64,000 bases of DNA from contig NW_019028997.1 of the NCBI RefSeq assembly GCF_002105155.1, forward strand, positions 310,001 to 374,000. Reading direction: 5' to 3'. The notes under the pieces are model-generated. The model was not told where the DNA came from and ran no database searches. It was given only the letters and a program-made list of their open reading frames with translations. The position numbers were made by a program, and so were the translations under genes. This DNA comes from Lobosporangium transversale. Taxonomy: Eukaryota. Shown one piece after another: positions 12,338 to 23,199 of the stretch. Each line of letters starts with the position of its first letter. Position 1 is the first letter of the stretch.

Positions 12338-13940
12338 TAGTGCGTGCCAAAACTGATGCAATAAATTGCATTTTTCAACATTCATTCCTCATTCTCCTTC
12401 TTCCTCTTTATGATCTTCCCTGCCACCACCGTTTCTCATTCTCATTTGTCTCACCTCCATGGAGTCTCATCGTCATCGCCATCAGTGGCCTAATTAGCAT
12501 TTAATTGCAATTTGCTTTCAGCATCTCATTGCATCTATTATGGCAATTAACAACTTCTTGTTTTTATTTATTCCTGTTACTTCTCCTTTCCCCTAACGAT
12601 GTTCCCTCCTTTAGCCTTATATAACTCCCTCATCCTCTTCGGCATACCGCAGTATAGTTTGTGTAAGAATTCAGGAGGGATATGTGTCCATACGTCTTGG
12701 ACTCTCTCCCAGAGATCCTCCATATTCTTTGCCTTGTCTGGATAATGATCCAACTGCACCTTCATGTATGCCCATATGTTTTCTATTGGGTTGATGTCAG
12801 GAGAGTTTGCTGGCCATTCCATGAGAGGTATCTTAGACTTTTGGATATAGGTCATTGCTATTCTTCCGGTATGAATCCTAGCATTGTCCTGCTGAAATAT
12901 AAATTTGTCCTTATCCATCAAGTAGTAATCCCTGGACTTAAAGATATAATCCTTGAGAACGTCGACGTATGTTACCGAATCCACCTTCTCTTGGAGCCAG
13001 CAGCCATCGCCTGGTCCGTAGTAAGTTATACAACCCCAGAACATCATTTTGCCTCCACCGCCTTGCCTTGTCTTTTTGATATGATGTGCTCGTAGAGCTT
13101 TATCCCATCGATGCTTGTAGTAGTACTTTCTTCCGCAGGACCCAACTCTGCTAAAGATGGTCTCATCTGAGAACATGACGTTCTTCCAGTCTTCTAGAGT
13201 CCAGTCCAAGTGATCCTTTGCAAAATTATATCGAGCATAGATTTGCTTCTTCGTCAGACCAGGCTGCTTCTGTTTTACATATGCCCCCATATCATCCTGC
13301 ATAAGGAACCTCCTGATGCTCGATTTACTAACCTGCACTCCTTCCCTCAATTGAACAAGTTGTTGGCCATCTTTTAGGGTCTCCAATACACCCATGTCAA
13401 AAAATCTTGATAAAAGCTGTTTCGTTTTCTTAGTAACTTTGCAGGGTCGGCCCCCTCTCAGCACTGGAATACTTTCTTTGCCTCTTTTCCTAATCCTTTG
13501 AGCTGAGGTAACAGATATCCCTAAACTCTTTGACACTTCTCTGGAAGACTTTCCCTGATGAAGTAGAGCAGTTGCATTTTGGATAGTTGATTTGGATAAT
13601 GATTTCATGTTATGATAAAGATATGGCAGATATGTAGAGTGTCGCTTGGTGTATCAGTGGTGATGGTGCTATAAAGAAAGAATAAAGAATAAGAAAGAAG
13701 TAAGGGATGGACAAACCTGAGATGTACTTTTTACCAAAACTGATGCAATGAGACATGACTATACAAATGGCGATTATTCGCTAATTGCGTCATTGATGAG
13801 AACAGCGATGACAGTCCACGAAGGTGAGACAAATGAGAATGAGAAGCGGTGATGGTAGGGAAGATCATTAGAAAGGAAAAGGAGAATGAGGAATGAATGT
13901 TAAAAAATGCAAATTATTGCATCAGTTTTGGCACGCACCA
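12338..13940 (-). mobile_element. Tc1 family A copy 2 (intact), inserted in the Gypsy-1 leader
   Basis: Same sequence as 2060..3662 (offset 10278), TA flanks. Removing it restores tttcc-TA-gat, like the neighbouring cctagat leader repeats. Confidence 0.95.
12577..13608 (-). CDS. Tc1-family transposase, DD34E (protein identical to 2299..3330)
   Basis: Identical 343-aa translation in the ORF track. Confidence 0.95.
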   Translation of the reverse strand: MKSLSKSTIQNATALLHQGKSSREVSKSLGISVTSAQRIRKRGKESIPVLRGGRPCKVTKKTKQLLSRFFDMGVLETLKDGQQLVQLREGVQVSKSSIRRFLMQDDMGAYVKQKQPGLTKKQIYARYNFAKDHLDWTLEDWKNVMFSDETIFSRVGSCGRKYYYKHRWDKALRAHHIKKTRQGGGGKMMFWGCITYYGPGDGCWLQEKVDSVTYVDVLKDYIFKSRDYYLMDKDKFIFQQDNARIHTGRIAMTYIQKSKIPLMEWPANSPDINPIENIWAYMKVQLDHYPDKAKNMEDLWERVQDVWTHIPPEFLHKLYCGMPKRMRELYKAKGGNIVRGKEK

Positions 13941-13990
13941 TAGATAAAATTTAAAAATTTACCCCTGCATTTGATTTTTTTTTTTTTGCC

Positions 13991-14962
13991 ATGGACAACC
14001 TCACCACTTCCTTGAAAGCTCTTAACCTTGATGCCAGTACCAGCCTATCCGTGCAGAACGCTGTGCAAACCTTCCTCGAATCCCGACAGGATAGTGCTTC
14101 TAGCGCTGCCGCCTTTAACGACCATGTCCGCACGGTGGCTGCTGTGATAAAACCTACCAAACCAGAACCATACGAGGGAAATGTCGACGCTGTCGCGGTC
14201 CTCAACTTCTTGGAGAACCAAGAAGAGTACTTCGAGATCATGGAGCTTAACCACTCCCGTTGGGTCCGATATACCGTTGTCAACCTGAAAGGAGACGCCA
14301 AGGCATGGTGGCGAGACTCGGAAATGACAATTGATACACCATGGGACACTTTCCGAAGTAAATTCATCGAAAACTTCACACCCCCTGACACGGCTTCTTC
14401 AGCCCAGAAAGCACTGGTTCAATTAAAACAAGGTAAATCCTCAGTAGCGGAATACACTGCCAAATTCCGCCGCCTCCAACGCCTCACACCCAAACTGGAA
14501 GAATCATGGCTTGTCCTCCATTATACCTACGGCCTTGTAGAAGACACAAGCAAGGAAGTCCTCCTTCGCCAGCCTCAGACTCTCAACCAGGCCATCAAGC
14601 AGGCTACGATGATCCACAGCATTTTACATTCCTCTAGACCCCCCATCATGACAAGCCAAACAAGCCAACCCACACCGACCCCGATGGACCTAGACGCAAT
14701 GCAGATGATGTTCAATAACTTCCTACTACAGAGTACAAACTCCACAGGCTTAGCGAACTTCCATCGCCCCTCCTCGACTAACAACAGACCACTCTCCAAG
14801 CTCACCGAAAATGACAGAACAAAACTGCGCCGCGCAGGCGCTTGCTTTCGCTGCAGAAAGAAGGGACACATGGCCAAGAACTGCCGCGTGGCTAGGAACT
14901 TGAACAATCTGGAACAACAAGACGACTACGACGACTCGGGAAAAGAGGTGAGCGAGCTGTAG
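13991..14962 (+). CDS. gag: Gypsy-1 Gag
   Basis: Retrotrans_gag-like core (LKGDAKAWW, LKQG..SVAEY..KF), PTPMDLD, CCHC knuckle CFRCRKKGHMAKNC. Confidence 0.9.
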   Translation: MDNLTTSLKALNLDASTSLSVQNAVQTFLESRQDSASSAAAFNDHVRTVAAVIKPTKPEPYEGNVDAVAVLNFLENQEEYFEIMELNHSRWVRYTVVNLKGDAKAWWRDSEMTIDTPWDTFRSKFIENFTPPDTASSAQKALVQLKQGKSSVAEYTAKFRRLQRLTPKLEESWLVLHYTYGLVEDTSKEVLLRQPQTLNQAIKQATMIHSILHSSRPPIMTSQTSQPTPTPMDLDAMQMMFNNFLLQSTNSTGLANFHRPSSTNNRPLSKLTENDRTKLRRAGACFRCRKKGHMAKNCRVARNLNNLEQQDDYDDSGKEVSEL

Positions 14963-17900
14963 ACCAGGCCAGCCTCGCTCTCACCACCAACCCTCGAGTC
15001 CTGGGCTCTAGAGGGCGTAGTCATATGGATTTAAGTAGTAACAACAGTAATAAAAACTCTAGTTCTCCTAAATCCATGATTATGTCTTCTCGCTCCTCTC
15101 CCATATTTTCTCTATCCTCTCTCTTATCACTACCCTCTAAAAGCACCTTGCACCACACCACTTCCATTCCTCCGGATTCCCTAAATCACCTCTCCCCCGA
15201 TTCCCATCCCGCGTCATCTGTCACTGAAATCAAATCATCTTCAAACCAAGACACAAATGAAAATTCACCTACCCCCTCTACTTCCCACGAACACCTTGCT
15301 AGTAAACCACCCCGTCGTCGTCGTCGTCATGCCACACACCTCCAATCCCTGTCCGCTGTCTACACCAATGCGAGACGACTACTAACCTTCATTGGGGCCG
15401 TCAACGGACACCCTGCGCGAATCCTCATTGATGGTGGAGCAGAAGGAAATGTATTGAGTTCAAAATTTTGCAGAAAACATAACATTATCATAGACAACGC
15501 GAACCCTATCCCTATCATTCATCCGAATGGCACAGCAGTCATGTCCCCAGGAACCGCATCTGTTACCCTCGAACGTGGTTCCTATGGTGAAAAGATTCAA
15601 AGTATCATCTACCCCTCGAAAAAATATGATCTCATCCTAGGGAAACCTTGGCTAACCGCAGTCAATCCCCAAATCAACTGGCGCACTAACGATTTACACT
15701 TTGAACACGATGGTAAACACATACTATGGGAATGTCGAGGGCATACCTCCTCCTCCGCTCGTCAAAATTGCCTTTCTGCCATAAACTTTGCTGCATTAGC
15801 ATTAGAACCCGAAACGACAACATTCTTGGCCCAAGTAAGAACCACTTCACCACCAACAAACCTAGACTCAACACTACCCGAATCGATTCAACAAATTGTC
15901 CAAGTAGAATTTCCAGACCTCTTTCCTGACACACTACCGGACGGAATCCCTCAGGATTGTGGCGATAGCATGCGAATCGAGACTGAAAATAATACCGATC
16001 CACCTGTAAGACCAGTCATTCGCTTATCAATTGCTGAATTAGACGAACTAAAAACACAACTCACAGAACTACTGCGCAAAGGCTTCATCTCTCCAAGTAC
16101 ATCACCCTACGGAGCACCAGTTTTATTCGTTAAAAAGAAGGATGGCGGACGGAGGATGTGTGTAGACTACAGAGGATTAAACAAAATAACCCGTAAGAAT
16201 CGCCATCCACTACCAAGAATCGACGAGCTAATAGATCGTTTCAGGACAGCACGGTTTTTTACAAAGCTCGACTTACTATCCGGATATCATCAAATGCGCG
16301 TTCATCCAGACGACCGACATAAAACGGCATTTCGAACACGCTACGGTCACTATGAGTTTAACGTCGTCCCTTTCGGACTCACCAACGCACCTGCCGCCTT
16401 TTCAGCCATGATGCGCAACGTGTTGGATCCTGTGCTGGATAAATGCACCGTAGTTTACCTAGATGATATACTGATTTATTCTGATAACAAAGAGCAACAT
16501 CTACAAGACATCAGAAACGTTCTTAGGCTCCTACGCAAGGCAGGCCTCTTTTGCAAGCTTTCCAAGTGTTCATTTATGCAAGAGGAGACAGAGTTCCTAG
16601 GCCATGTTATATCCAAAGATGGACTCAAAACAAACGGAGCACTGGTTAAGGCAGTTAGAGAATGGCCAACACCCACAACACAGCGCCACGTCATGCAGTT
16701 CCTTGGATTAACAAACTTCTATCATCAATACATCAACCACTATGCTGATATCGCGCTTCCCCTTACTGATCTGTTAGGCTCAACTACAACATTCTACTGG
16801 AGCAAGCCTCACCGAGAGGCCTTTGAAAGACTGAAGCAGGCAGTCACCATGGCACCCGTACTCAGAATTTTTGACCCTGCCCTAGCAACTTCCGTCGAAA
16901 CTGATGCATCAGGTTTCGCCATTGGTGCAGTCTTGTTCCAAACAGATCACAAGGGCGAATCGCGCCCTGTTGCCTTTACATCACGAAAGTTGAGCTCTGC
17001 AGAACGAAACTACCCAACCCATGAGCAAGAATTACTAGCTGTCGTCCACGCCTTAAGAACATGGCGATACTATTTGGATGGATCTCATTTTATTGTCTAT
17101 ACTGACCATGCCACATTGCAGCATTTTCCAACCCAACCAAACCTGACTCGGAGACAGGCCAGATGGATGGAACTCCTACAAGAATACGACTTCAACTTCA
17201 AGTACAAACCAGGCAAAGACAACATCGTCCCCGACGCTCTCTCAAGGAGGCCTGACCACAAGGCGCAGGATCCCGCCAGTGAGCAGATTAACTCCATAGA
17301 AATAAGTTTGGACCCAGGCTTACGGCAGCGCCTGATAAAGTGTTACCCATATGACCTTAAGTTAGGATCACTTTACGAAAGCTGCCGCGAGGCAAGTCCC
17401 TCTGATCGTTATTTTGTTGCTGATGACCTATTGTGGATTAACATCGCTGGACAGACACGTTTATGTATCCCGAATGATCCTAACATTCGCGCTCTCCTAC
17501 TTCATGATGCACATGATTCTCCCATTGCTGGCCACCTCGGCTTCGAGAAAACATATGAAACCATGCGAAGGACTTTCTTTTGGCCACGAATGGCCCGAGG
17601 CACCAAGACTTACATTGCATCATGCGAACAGTGCCAGCGAAATAAACCACTGCTTCATCATCCTGCCGGATTATTCAAACCTCTCGATATACCTCTTGAA
17701 CGATGGGAAACTGTTACCATGGACTTCATTGGCCCTTTACCCAAGACGAACCGAGGGTTCAATGCCATAACTGTATTCGTAGACAAGTTATCCAAACAGG
17801 TCCACTTCTGCCCTAGCCATACAACGGACACCGCTTCAGATATCGCGCGACTCTTCTTCAATAATGTCTTCCGACTCCATGGCATGCCACGAGCTATTGT

Positions 17901-18777
17901 ATCGGACAGAGACTCAAGATTCACGGGACACTTCTGGACCACATTGATGAAGCTCATGGGAACTAAACTCCATATGTCTACAGCATTCCATCCTCAGACA
18001 GACGGACAGACGGAGCGAGCCAACAGGACCCTGGAGGAAATGCTACGATCTTATGTCTCGTACAAACAGAATGACTGGGACTTGCTCTTACCAATGATGG
18101 AATTTGCATACAACAACTCCGTCAACCCCTCCACAGGGTTTTCCCCCTTTTTCCTAAACCACGGTCATCATCCCATCGTCCCATCATCCCTCTTGAAACC
18201 ACCAACAACAGATGTACCGGCTATCTCTACCTTCATTTCCACTCAAGCCTCTGCGTTGGCGCAAGCACAAGACGCAATAGCGACAGCTCAGGACATCCAA
18301 AAACGCCAAGCAGATAAAGCACGATCACCCGCCAGGTTCACTGTAGGCGATAGTGTCTTACTGAGTACGGAGCATATCACTGTCGCAGCTCACGCAAACC
18401 GACCCTCCAAAAAGTTAGAACCAAAATTCATTGGACCATTCAAAATCATAGAGAAGATCAACGACAACGCGTACAAGCTCGAGCTACCTCCGAACATGAA
18501 ACAACACCCTGTCTTCAATACAGATTTATTACGACATTATCACGAATCCCCGGAGAATTTCGGCGAACGAGCACCTGCCAGACCCCCACCAGATTTAGTC
18601 GATGGCGAAGAAGAATATGAAGTGGAAAAGATTCTGGATTACAAACTATTTGGCAGAACCCCCAAGTGGCTCGTGAAATGGAAGGGATATCCTGACGAAG
18701 AAGCAACATGGGAACGGAGATCCTCACTAGTTAATGCAAAAGAAGCACTGGAGGAATTTCAAAAAATGCAACAGTAA
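14938..18777 (+). CDS. pol: Gypsy-1 Pol (PR-RT-RNaseH-IN-chromodomain), reached by -1 frameshift
   Basis: LIDGGA protease, YLDD RT, TDAS RNase H, HHCC/DDE integrase, GPF, C-terminal chromodomain (EYEVEKI..WLVKWKGY). Frame is open from GGGAAAA (14938) through ATG 15025. Confidence 0.93.
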   Translation, partial: GKRGERAVDQASLALTTNPRVLGSRGRSHMDLSSNNSNKNSSSPKSMIMSSRSSPIFSLSSLLSLPSKSTLHHTTSIPPDSLNHLSPDSHPASSVTEIKSSSNQDTNENSPTPSTSHEHLASKPPRRRRRHATHLQSLSAVYTNARRLLTFIGAVNGHPARILIDGGAEGNVLSSKFCRKHNIIIDNANPIPIIHPNGTAVMSPGTASVTLERGSYGEKIQSIIYPSKKYDLILGKPWLTAVNPQINWRTNDLHFEHDGKHILWECRGHTSSSARQNCLSAINFAALALEPETTTFLAQVRTTSPPTNLDSTLPESIQQIVQVEFPDLFPDTLPDGIPQDCGDSMRIETENNTDPPVRPVIRLSIAELDELKTQLTELLRKGFISPSTSPYGAPVLFVKKKDGGRRMCVDYRGLNKITRKNRHPLPRIDELIDRFRTARFFTKLDLLSGYHQMRVHPDDRHKTAFRTRYGHYEFNVVPFGLTNAPAAFSAMMRNVLDPVLDKCTVVYLDDILIYSDNKEQHLQDIRNVLRLLRKAGLFCKLSKCSFMQEETEFLGHVISKDGLKTNGALVKAVREWPTPTTQRHVMQFLGLTNFYHQYINHYADIALPLTDLLGSTTTFYWSKPHREAFERLKQAVTMAPVLRIFDPALATSVETDASGFAIGAVLFQTDHKGESRPVAFTSRKLSSAERNYPTHEQELLAVVHALRTWRYYLDGSHFIVYTDHATLQHFPTQPNLTRRQARWMELLQEYDFNFKYKPGKDNIVPDALSRRPDHKAQDPASEQINSIEISLDPGLRQRLIKCYPYDLKLGSLYESCREASPSDRYFVADDLLWINIAGQTRLCIPNDPNIRALLLHDAHDSPIAGHLGFEKTYETMRRTFFWPRMARGTKTYIASCEQCQRNKPLLHHPAGLFKPLDIPLERWETVTMDFIGPLPKTNRGFNAITVFVDKLSKQVHFCPSHTTDTASDIARLFFNNVFRLHGMPRAIVSDRDSRFTGHFWTTLMKLMGTKLHMSTAFHPQTDGQTERANRTLEEMLRSYVSYKQNDWDLLLPMMEFAYNNSVNPSTGFSPFFLNHGHHPIVPSSLLKPPTTDVPAISTFISTQASALAQAQDAIATAQDIQKRQADKARSPARFTVGDSVLLSTEHITVAAHANRPSKKLEPKFIGPFKIIEKINDNAYKLELPPNMKQHPVFNTDLLRHYHESPENFGERAPARPPPDLVDGEEEYEVEKILDYKLFGRTPKWLVKWKGYPDEEATWERRSSLVNAKEALEEFQKMQQ

Positions 18778-18977
18778 CACCAAAATTATTTTCTCTGTTT
18801 CTTTTTTTTTTTTCTTGTTCTTTATTTTTCTTCTTTTTTTTCTTTTCTCTCTTCCTTTCTTCTTTTACTATCTCCTTTCCTCTCTTCCTCTCTTCCTTTT
18901 ACCTCCCTTCTCTGCCCACTCCAGCATGGTAACAACCGCCATTTCCTCCATCAATCGACGACGTTCCCGTGCTCGCT

Positions 18978-19514
18978 TGTCAAGGACTGACAAAGGGTTT
19001 GCAAGGAAAGGTAAGTGAATGAATAACAAGAATGATAATGAGCTGAGAACTAGAATGGATTCACGAATAGTTTTATTGCAGACTGAGGTTTACTATGTTA
19101 CAAATCTATCATATTTATACTTGTTTGACTGAAGCGGAGACGCGCTTCAAGAACTCTAAATAAAGCTTACTCAAATATTTCCTAAGGACTTTTACCATAT
19201 GCGGAACTTCAAGTGTTGAGTTAACTTAATACACAGGATCCGAGGAAGATATCTGGTGCAATCTTATTTCAAGGTTCCTTGGCACTATAAGTCTTGGTTA
19301 TTGGTTTATAGCTCTTCTAGAATCCTTGGAGCTATTCACGGAGCTAGAAAACTAGGAGACGCGACTTGGCTTGACAGGCAAACTATGCATGGAGGAATGA
19401 GTGAAGGAAATGAGCGGAACAAATTAATCAAGCACACGTGATCTTTTTCAGATTCGAATCAGACAAAAGTCATTCATCAATTCATGAGCTAGACATTGCT
19501 TGCTGTTCGTGACA
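18978..19514 (-). repeat. 3' LTR of Gypsy-2
   Basis: Direct repeat of 24419..24955; adjacent to the PPT. Confidence 0.95.
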
Positions 19515-19524
19515 ATCCCTCCTC

Positions 19525-22500
19525 TTATGAGCGATCTCCTGATCGCGGCGAATACCCAGGTGGCCGAGGTAAGTGTGGGTAGCGTTCATGGAAGTCATGA
19601 ACAAGGTCCTGACTATTCTCGAGATTCTTAGGAGGTTCTTTGGTAGGCTCATCATAACCAATCCACTTGACTAGGTAACGGAAGCGTCGATTCTTAAATT
19701 CTGATGACAAGATTTCTTCGACCTCGTATTCGTTTTCGCCATCGATCTCAACCGCAGGAGGCGGCGGAGCGACACGACCCGGGATGGAATTAGCATGGTA
19801 GGGCTCGAGCAGAGAGACATGGAAAACAGGGTGAAGTCGTGAAAGTTCTTTTGGCAGTTTAAGTCGGAACGAACGCGTTCCAACGGCTTCAACTATCTCG
19901 AAAGGTCCAAGTCGTTTAGCGTCGAGTTTATCAGAGGGCCTGGTAGTCTTTATATTGGTTCTTGACAACCACACCATGTCACCAGGTGAGAATGATGGCT
20001 GTGGCTGAGCATGTTGGTTGTAATTACGCTCTTGCGATTCTTGGGCTTCACGAATATAAAACTGAAGGTCTTCTTGAACGTCTTTCAAAACTTGTAGACG
20101 ATTTTTAGCACTAGGACTACTGGCAGCAACCCTCGGGATTACGAAACTGAATTTTGGGTGATACCCTTGATGCGCGAAGAATGGCGTCTGGTTGGTGGAT
20201 GAGTGGACCGTGTTGTTGTAACAGAATTCTGCCATAGGGAGCAGACCAACCCAGTTGCCCTGCTGATAATTTAGAAAGCAACGTAGATATTGTTCCAGAG
20301 TAGCATTTGTCCTTTCGGTTTGACCATCAGTCTGTTGATGGAATGCTGTAGCAAGATTCTGAGTCACACCTAGGCCCCGAAGGAAGTCCCGAGTGAATTG
20401 TGCGGTGAACAGGGATCCACGGTCAGTGATGATATCATCCGGGAGACCATGGACAGCTACGATACGATGTAGGAACAAAGTGGCTAATCCTGCGGCGTCG
20501 ATATTGTCTGTTGATGGGATAAAGTGCGCCATCTTGGTGAATCTGTCTACGACAACTAGGATAGCAGTCTTGTCCTCAGAGGGTGGTAGTTGAGTGATAA
20601 AGTCCATGGAAATGGAGGACCATGGTGTCTCGGGTACAGGCAAGGATTGTAATAAGCCATATGGCTTGTGGTGAGTGGTCTTATTGCGCTGACAAATGTC
20701 ACATGTAAGGATAAACTTCTTGACGAACTGACGCATCTTTGGCCAATGATAGGTTCGTGCTACAAGCTCGAAGGTCTTATGAACTCCAAAGTGACCCGTG
20801 ATGATGGTGTCATGACAGTGACGAAGGATATCCAGCTTGATGCGGTCATTGGCGGGCACGACGATGCGGCCCTTATGGTATAGCAGACCATCCTCGATAG
20901 CATGCTCTGGGTAGGACTCTGGCTTTTGGTGTAGGCTGTGGAATATAGCAGCTGTTGTTTCGTCTTGAGGGTAGGATTCTTTGATTCTTGCAGTGATGTC
21001 GTTACTGCTTGATTCTTGATGTGTGGCTACGGCTAATAATTTTGTATCCCATGGTTCTAGTTTGGGCAGGATCGCGTCATGGACAGCGTCTTCCCCCCCT
21101 TCAGGAGGGTGCATGCGAGAGAGGGCATCAGCAGCACCATTGAGAATGCCAGGGCGATAGACCACGCGGAACTTGAACTTGGATAGACGTTCGGCGTAGC
21201 GTACTTGACGAGAACTTAGGGAACGTTTTTCAGAAAAGTACTCGAGGTTCTTATGATCAGTTAGGATGGTGGCAGGGAAGTGAGAGTACGCGAAGTAGTG
21301 GCGGAATTGTTCCAGACCCTCTACAGCGGCTAGGAGTTCAGTATCATGGACATGGTAGTTTCGCTCAGGGGGTGTCAGAGAGCGAGAATAGTAGGCAAGA
21401 GGCCGCAACACTCCTTTGTCGTCCGCCTGGCTACAGACAGCGCCCAACGCGTGCTTTGAAGCATCGGGCTCGAGAAAGCATGGTTTTTCTGGGTTGTAGT
21501 GAGACAGGACTGGTTCGGTTGTGAAAACCCTTCGAAGCTCGTCAAAAGCCTTTTGAGCAGGAGGACCCCAGACAAAGGGCACATCTTTTTTAAGGAGGCT
21601 TGTGATAGGCGAAACTACATTGGAGAAATTCTTGATGAAGCGACGATAGAAGTTGGCAAAGCCCAAGAACACTTGGATGTCGCGCACAGATGCAGGGGTA
21701 GGCCATGATGTGATAGCCTTAACCTTGGCAGGGTCCATGGAGATGCCAGTAGGAGAGATCACGTAACCGAGAAACTCAACGGTGGTAACATGAAACTGGC
21801 ATTTTTCCAAATTGACTTGGAGGTCAGCATCCATAAGTAATTGCAAGACCTTACGCACATGGTGGACGTGTTCCTCCTCGTTGTTGGAATAAATCAGGAT
21901 ATCGTCCAAATAGATGACGACGAAGGTATCAAGGCAGCTACGAAGGACCTCGTTGAGAAAGGCTTGGAAGGTGGCTGGGGCATTGGTGAGCCCGAAAGGC
22001 ATCACAAGGTACTCGAAATGGCCATACCGAGTGCGAAAGGCGGTTTTCCATTCGTCACCCTTAGCTATACGAACAAGATTGTAAGCGCCCTTGAGGTCTA
22101 ACTTGGTGAAGATGAGTGCTAACCGTAGTCGGTCCAAGGTCTCTGATATTAAGGGCAGGGGGCAGCGGTTCTTGATTGTTATTTTATTGAGGGCTCGATA
22201 ATCTACACAAAGTCTGAGTTTGCCATCTTTTTTTGGAACAAATAGGACAGGAGCGCCGGCAGGGGATTCTGACCGTCGGATAAATCCTCTTTTCAGATTA
22301 TCATCAAGGTATTCTTTAAGGGCTTCGAGCTCAGTATGTGACAAAGTATACAAGGGGCCAAATGGAATTTTGGAATCAGGTTCAAGAGAGATAGCATGGT
22401 CTAAGGGTCTATGAGGAGGCAGAGTTCCAAGTTCTTTCTCTTTGAAAAGTGGTGTGAACTCAGAATAGGTTGGGGGCAAAGATTCAGAGAGTGTTACAGG

Positions 22501-23199
22501 GCAAGGCTCAGAAGTGCTGGAATTCAGGGATAGAGAGAAACAAGAGAGGTCAGGAACAGAGATCAAGGACTGGGTAGGACATAGGTCCTCAAGATATTCT
22601 GAGAGTAATTGACAGAGATAATAATCATTAACAGATATATTATTTTCAAGATCAAGACTAGGCGCAAGACTAGGGACGAAACTAGAAGCAAGAAAGCTAG
22701 ACAAGATTGTTTCACAAGACACGACAGGATACTGTTCAAAACAGGTTTTATTGCAGAAGTCATCAGAGAAAGAAACTAGTCGCCTTTTCCAGTTTATGGC
22801 AGGGTTGTGCTTTTCAAGCCAATCGATACCAAGGATGACTGGGTGCTGGATACTAGTGACGTTCAATGACAAATTTTCACGATGATTTTCTATGGCTAGG
22901 GAGACAGGGGCATGGTGAGTGACAAGGCCGTGAAGGCTGGCCTGACCATCAGCCATGTTGAGACGAAGGGGAGTGGACAAGGGGACAGTGATGAGGTTAT
23001 GTTTCGTGACGAGGCTCACATCGATGAAAGAAGCTTGCGCCCCAGAGTCGATGAGAGCTTTGGTTTGGACAGGGGGCTGACTAGGCAGGGACAAGGTTAT
23101 ATTAACTAAGAGGCAGATTCTAGGTCTTGAGGGCGAGGAAGTAGTGAGCATATTTCCTAGGATCCATTCCTCGTCGGAGCCTAGGCAGATTCGTTTCCC
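19525..23199 (-). CDS. pol: Gypsy-2 Pol (PR-RT-RNaseH-IN-chromodomain)
   Basis: ALIDSGA, YLDD, PDAS, HHCC/DDE, GPF, chromodomain (EYEVEEI..YLVKWIGY). Overlaps the gag end in the -1 frame at GGGAAAC. Confidence 0.94.
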   Translation of the reverse strand, partial: GKRICLGSDEEWILGNMLTTSSPSRPRICLLVNITLSLPSQPPVQTKALIDSGAQASFIDVSLVTKHNLITVPLSTPLRLNMADGQASLHGLVTHHAPVSLAIENHRENLSLNVTSIQHPVILGIDWLEKHNPAINWKRRLVSFSDDFCNKTCFEQYPVVSCETILSSFLASSFVPSLAPSLDLENNISVNDYYLCQLLSEYLEDLCPTQSLISVPDLSCFSLSLNSSTSEPCPVTLSESLPPTYSEFTPLFKEKELGTLPPHRPLDHAISLEPDSKIPFGPLYTLSHTELEALKEYLDDNLKRGFIRRSESPAGAPVLFVPKKDGKLRLCVDYRALNKITIKNRCPLPLISETLDRLRLALIFTKLDLKGAYNLVRIAKGDEWKTAFRTRYGHFEYLVMPFGLTNAPATFQAFLNEVLRSCLDTFVVIYLDDILIYSNNEEEHVHHVRKVLQLLMDADLQVNLEKCQFHVTTVEFLGYVISPTGISMDPAKVKAITSWPTPASVRDIQVFLGFANFYRRFIKNFSNVVSPITSLLKKDVPFVWGPPAQKAFDELRRVFTTEPVLSHYNPEKPCFLEPDASKHALGAVCSQADDKGVLRPLAYYSRSLTPPERNYHVHDTELLAAVEGLEQFRHYFAYSHFPATILTDHKNLEYFSEKRSLSSRQVRYAERLSKFKFRVVYRPGILNGAADALSRMHPPEGGEDAVHDAILPKLEPWDTKLLAVATHQESSSNDITARIKESYPQDETTAAIFHSLHQKPESYPEHAIEDGLLYHKGRIVVPANDRIKLDILRHCHDTIITGHFGVHKTFELVARTYHWPKMRQFVKKFILTCDICQRNKTTHHKPYGLLQSLPVPETPWSSISMDFITQLPPSEDKTAILVVVDRFTKMAHFIPSTDNIDAAGLATLFLHRIVAVHGLPDDIITDRGSLFTAQFTRDFLRGLGVTQNLATAFHQQTDGQTERTNATLEQYLRCFLNYQQGNWVGLLPMAEFCYNNTVHSSTNQTPFFAHQGYHPKFSFVIPRVAASSPSAKNRLQVLKDVQEDLQFYIREAQESQERNYNQHAQPQPSFSPGDMVWLSRTNIKTTRPSDKLDAKRLGPFEIVEAVGTRSFRLKLPKELSRLHPVFHVSLLEPYHANSIPGRVAPPPPAVEIDGENEYEVEEILSSEFKNRRFRYLVKWIGYDEPTKEPPKNLENSQDLVHDFHERYPHLPRPPGYSPRSGDRS

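Larger units (their letters stand above)
12030..18977 (+). mobile_element. Ty3/Gypsy chromovirus element 1 (3' LTR missing; Tc1-A inserted in its leader)
   Basis: LTR, PBS, gag and pol in order; cut off by the LTR of element 2 at 18978. Confidence 0.88.
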
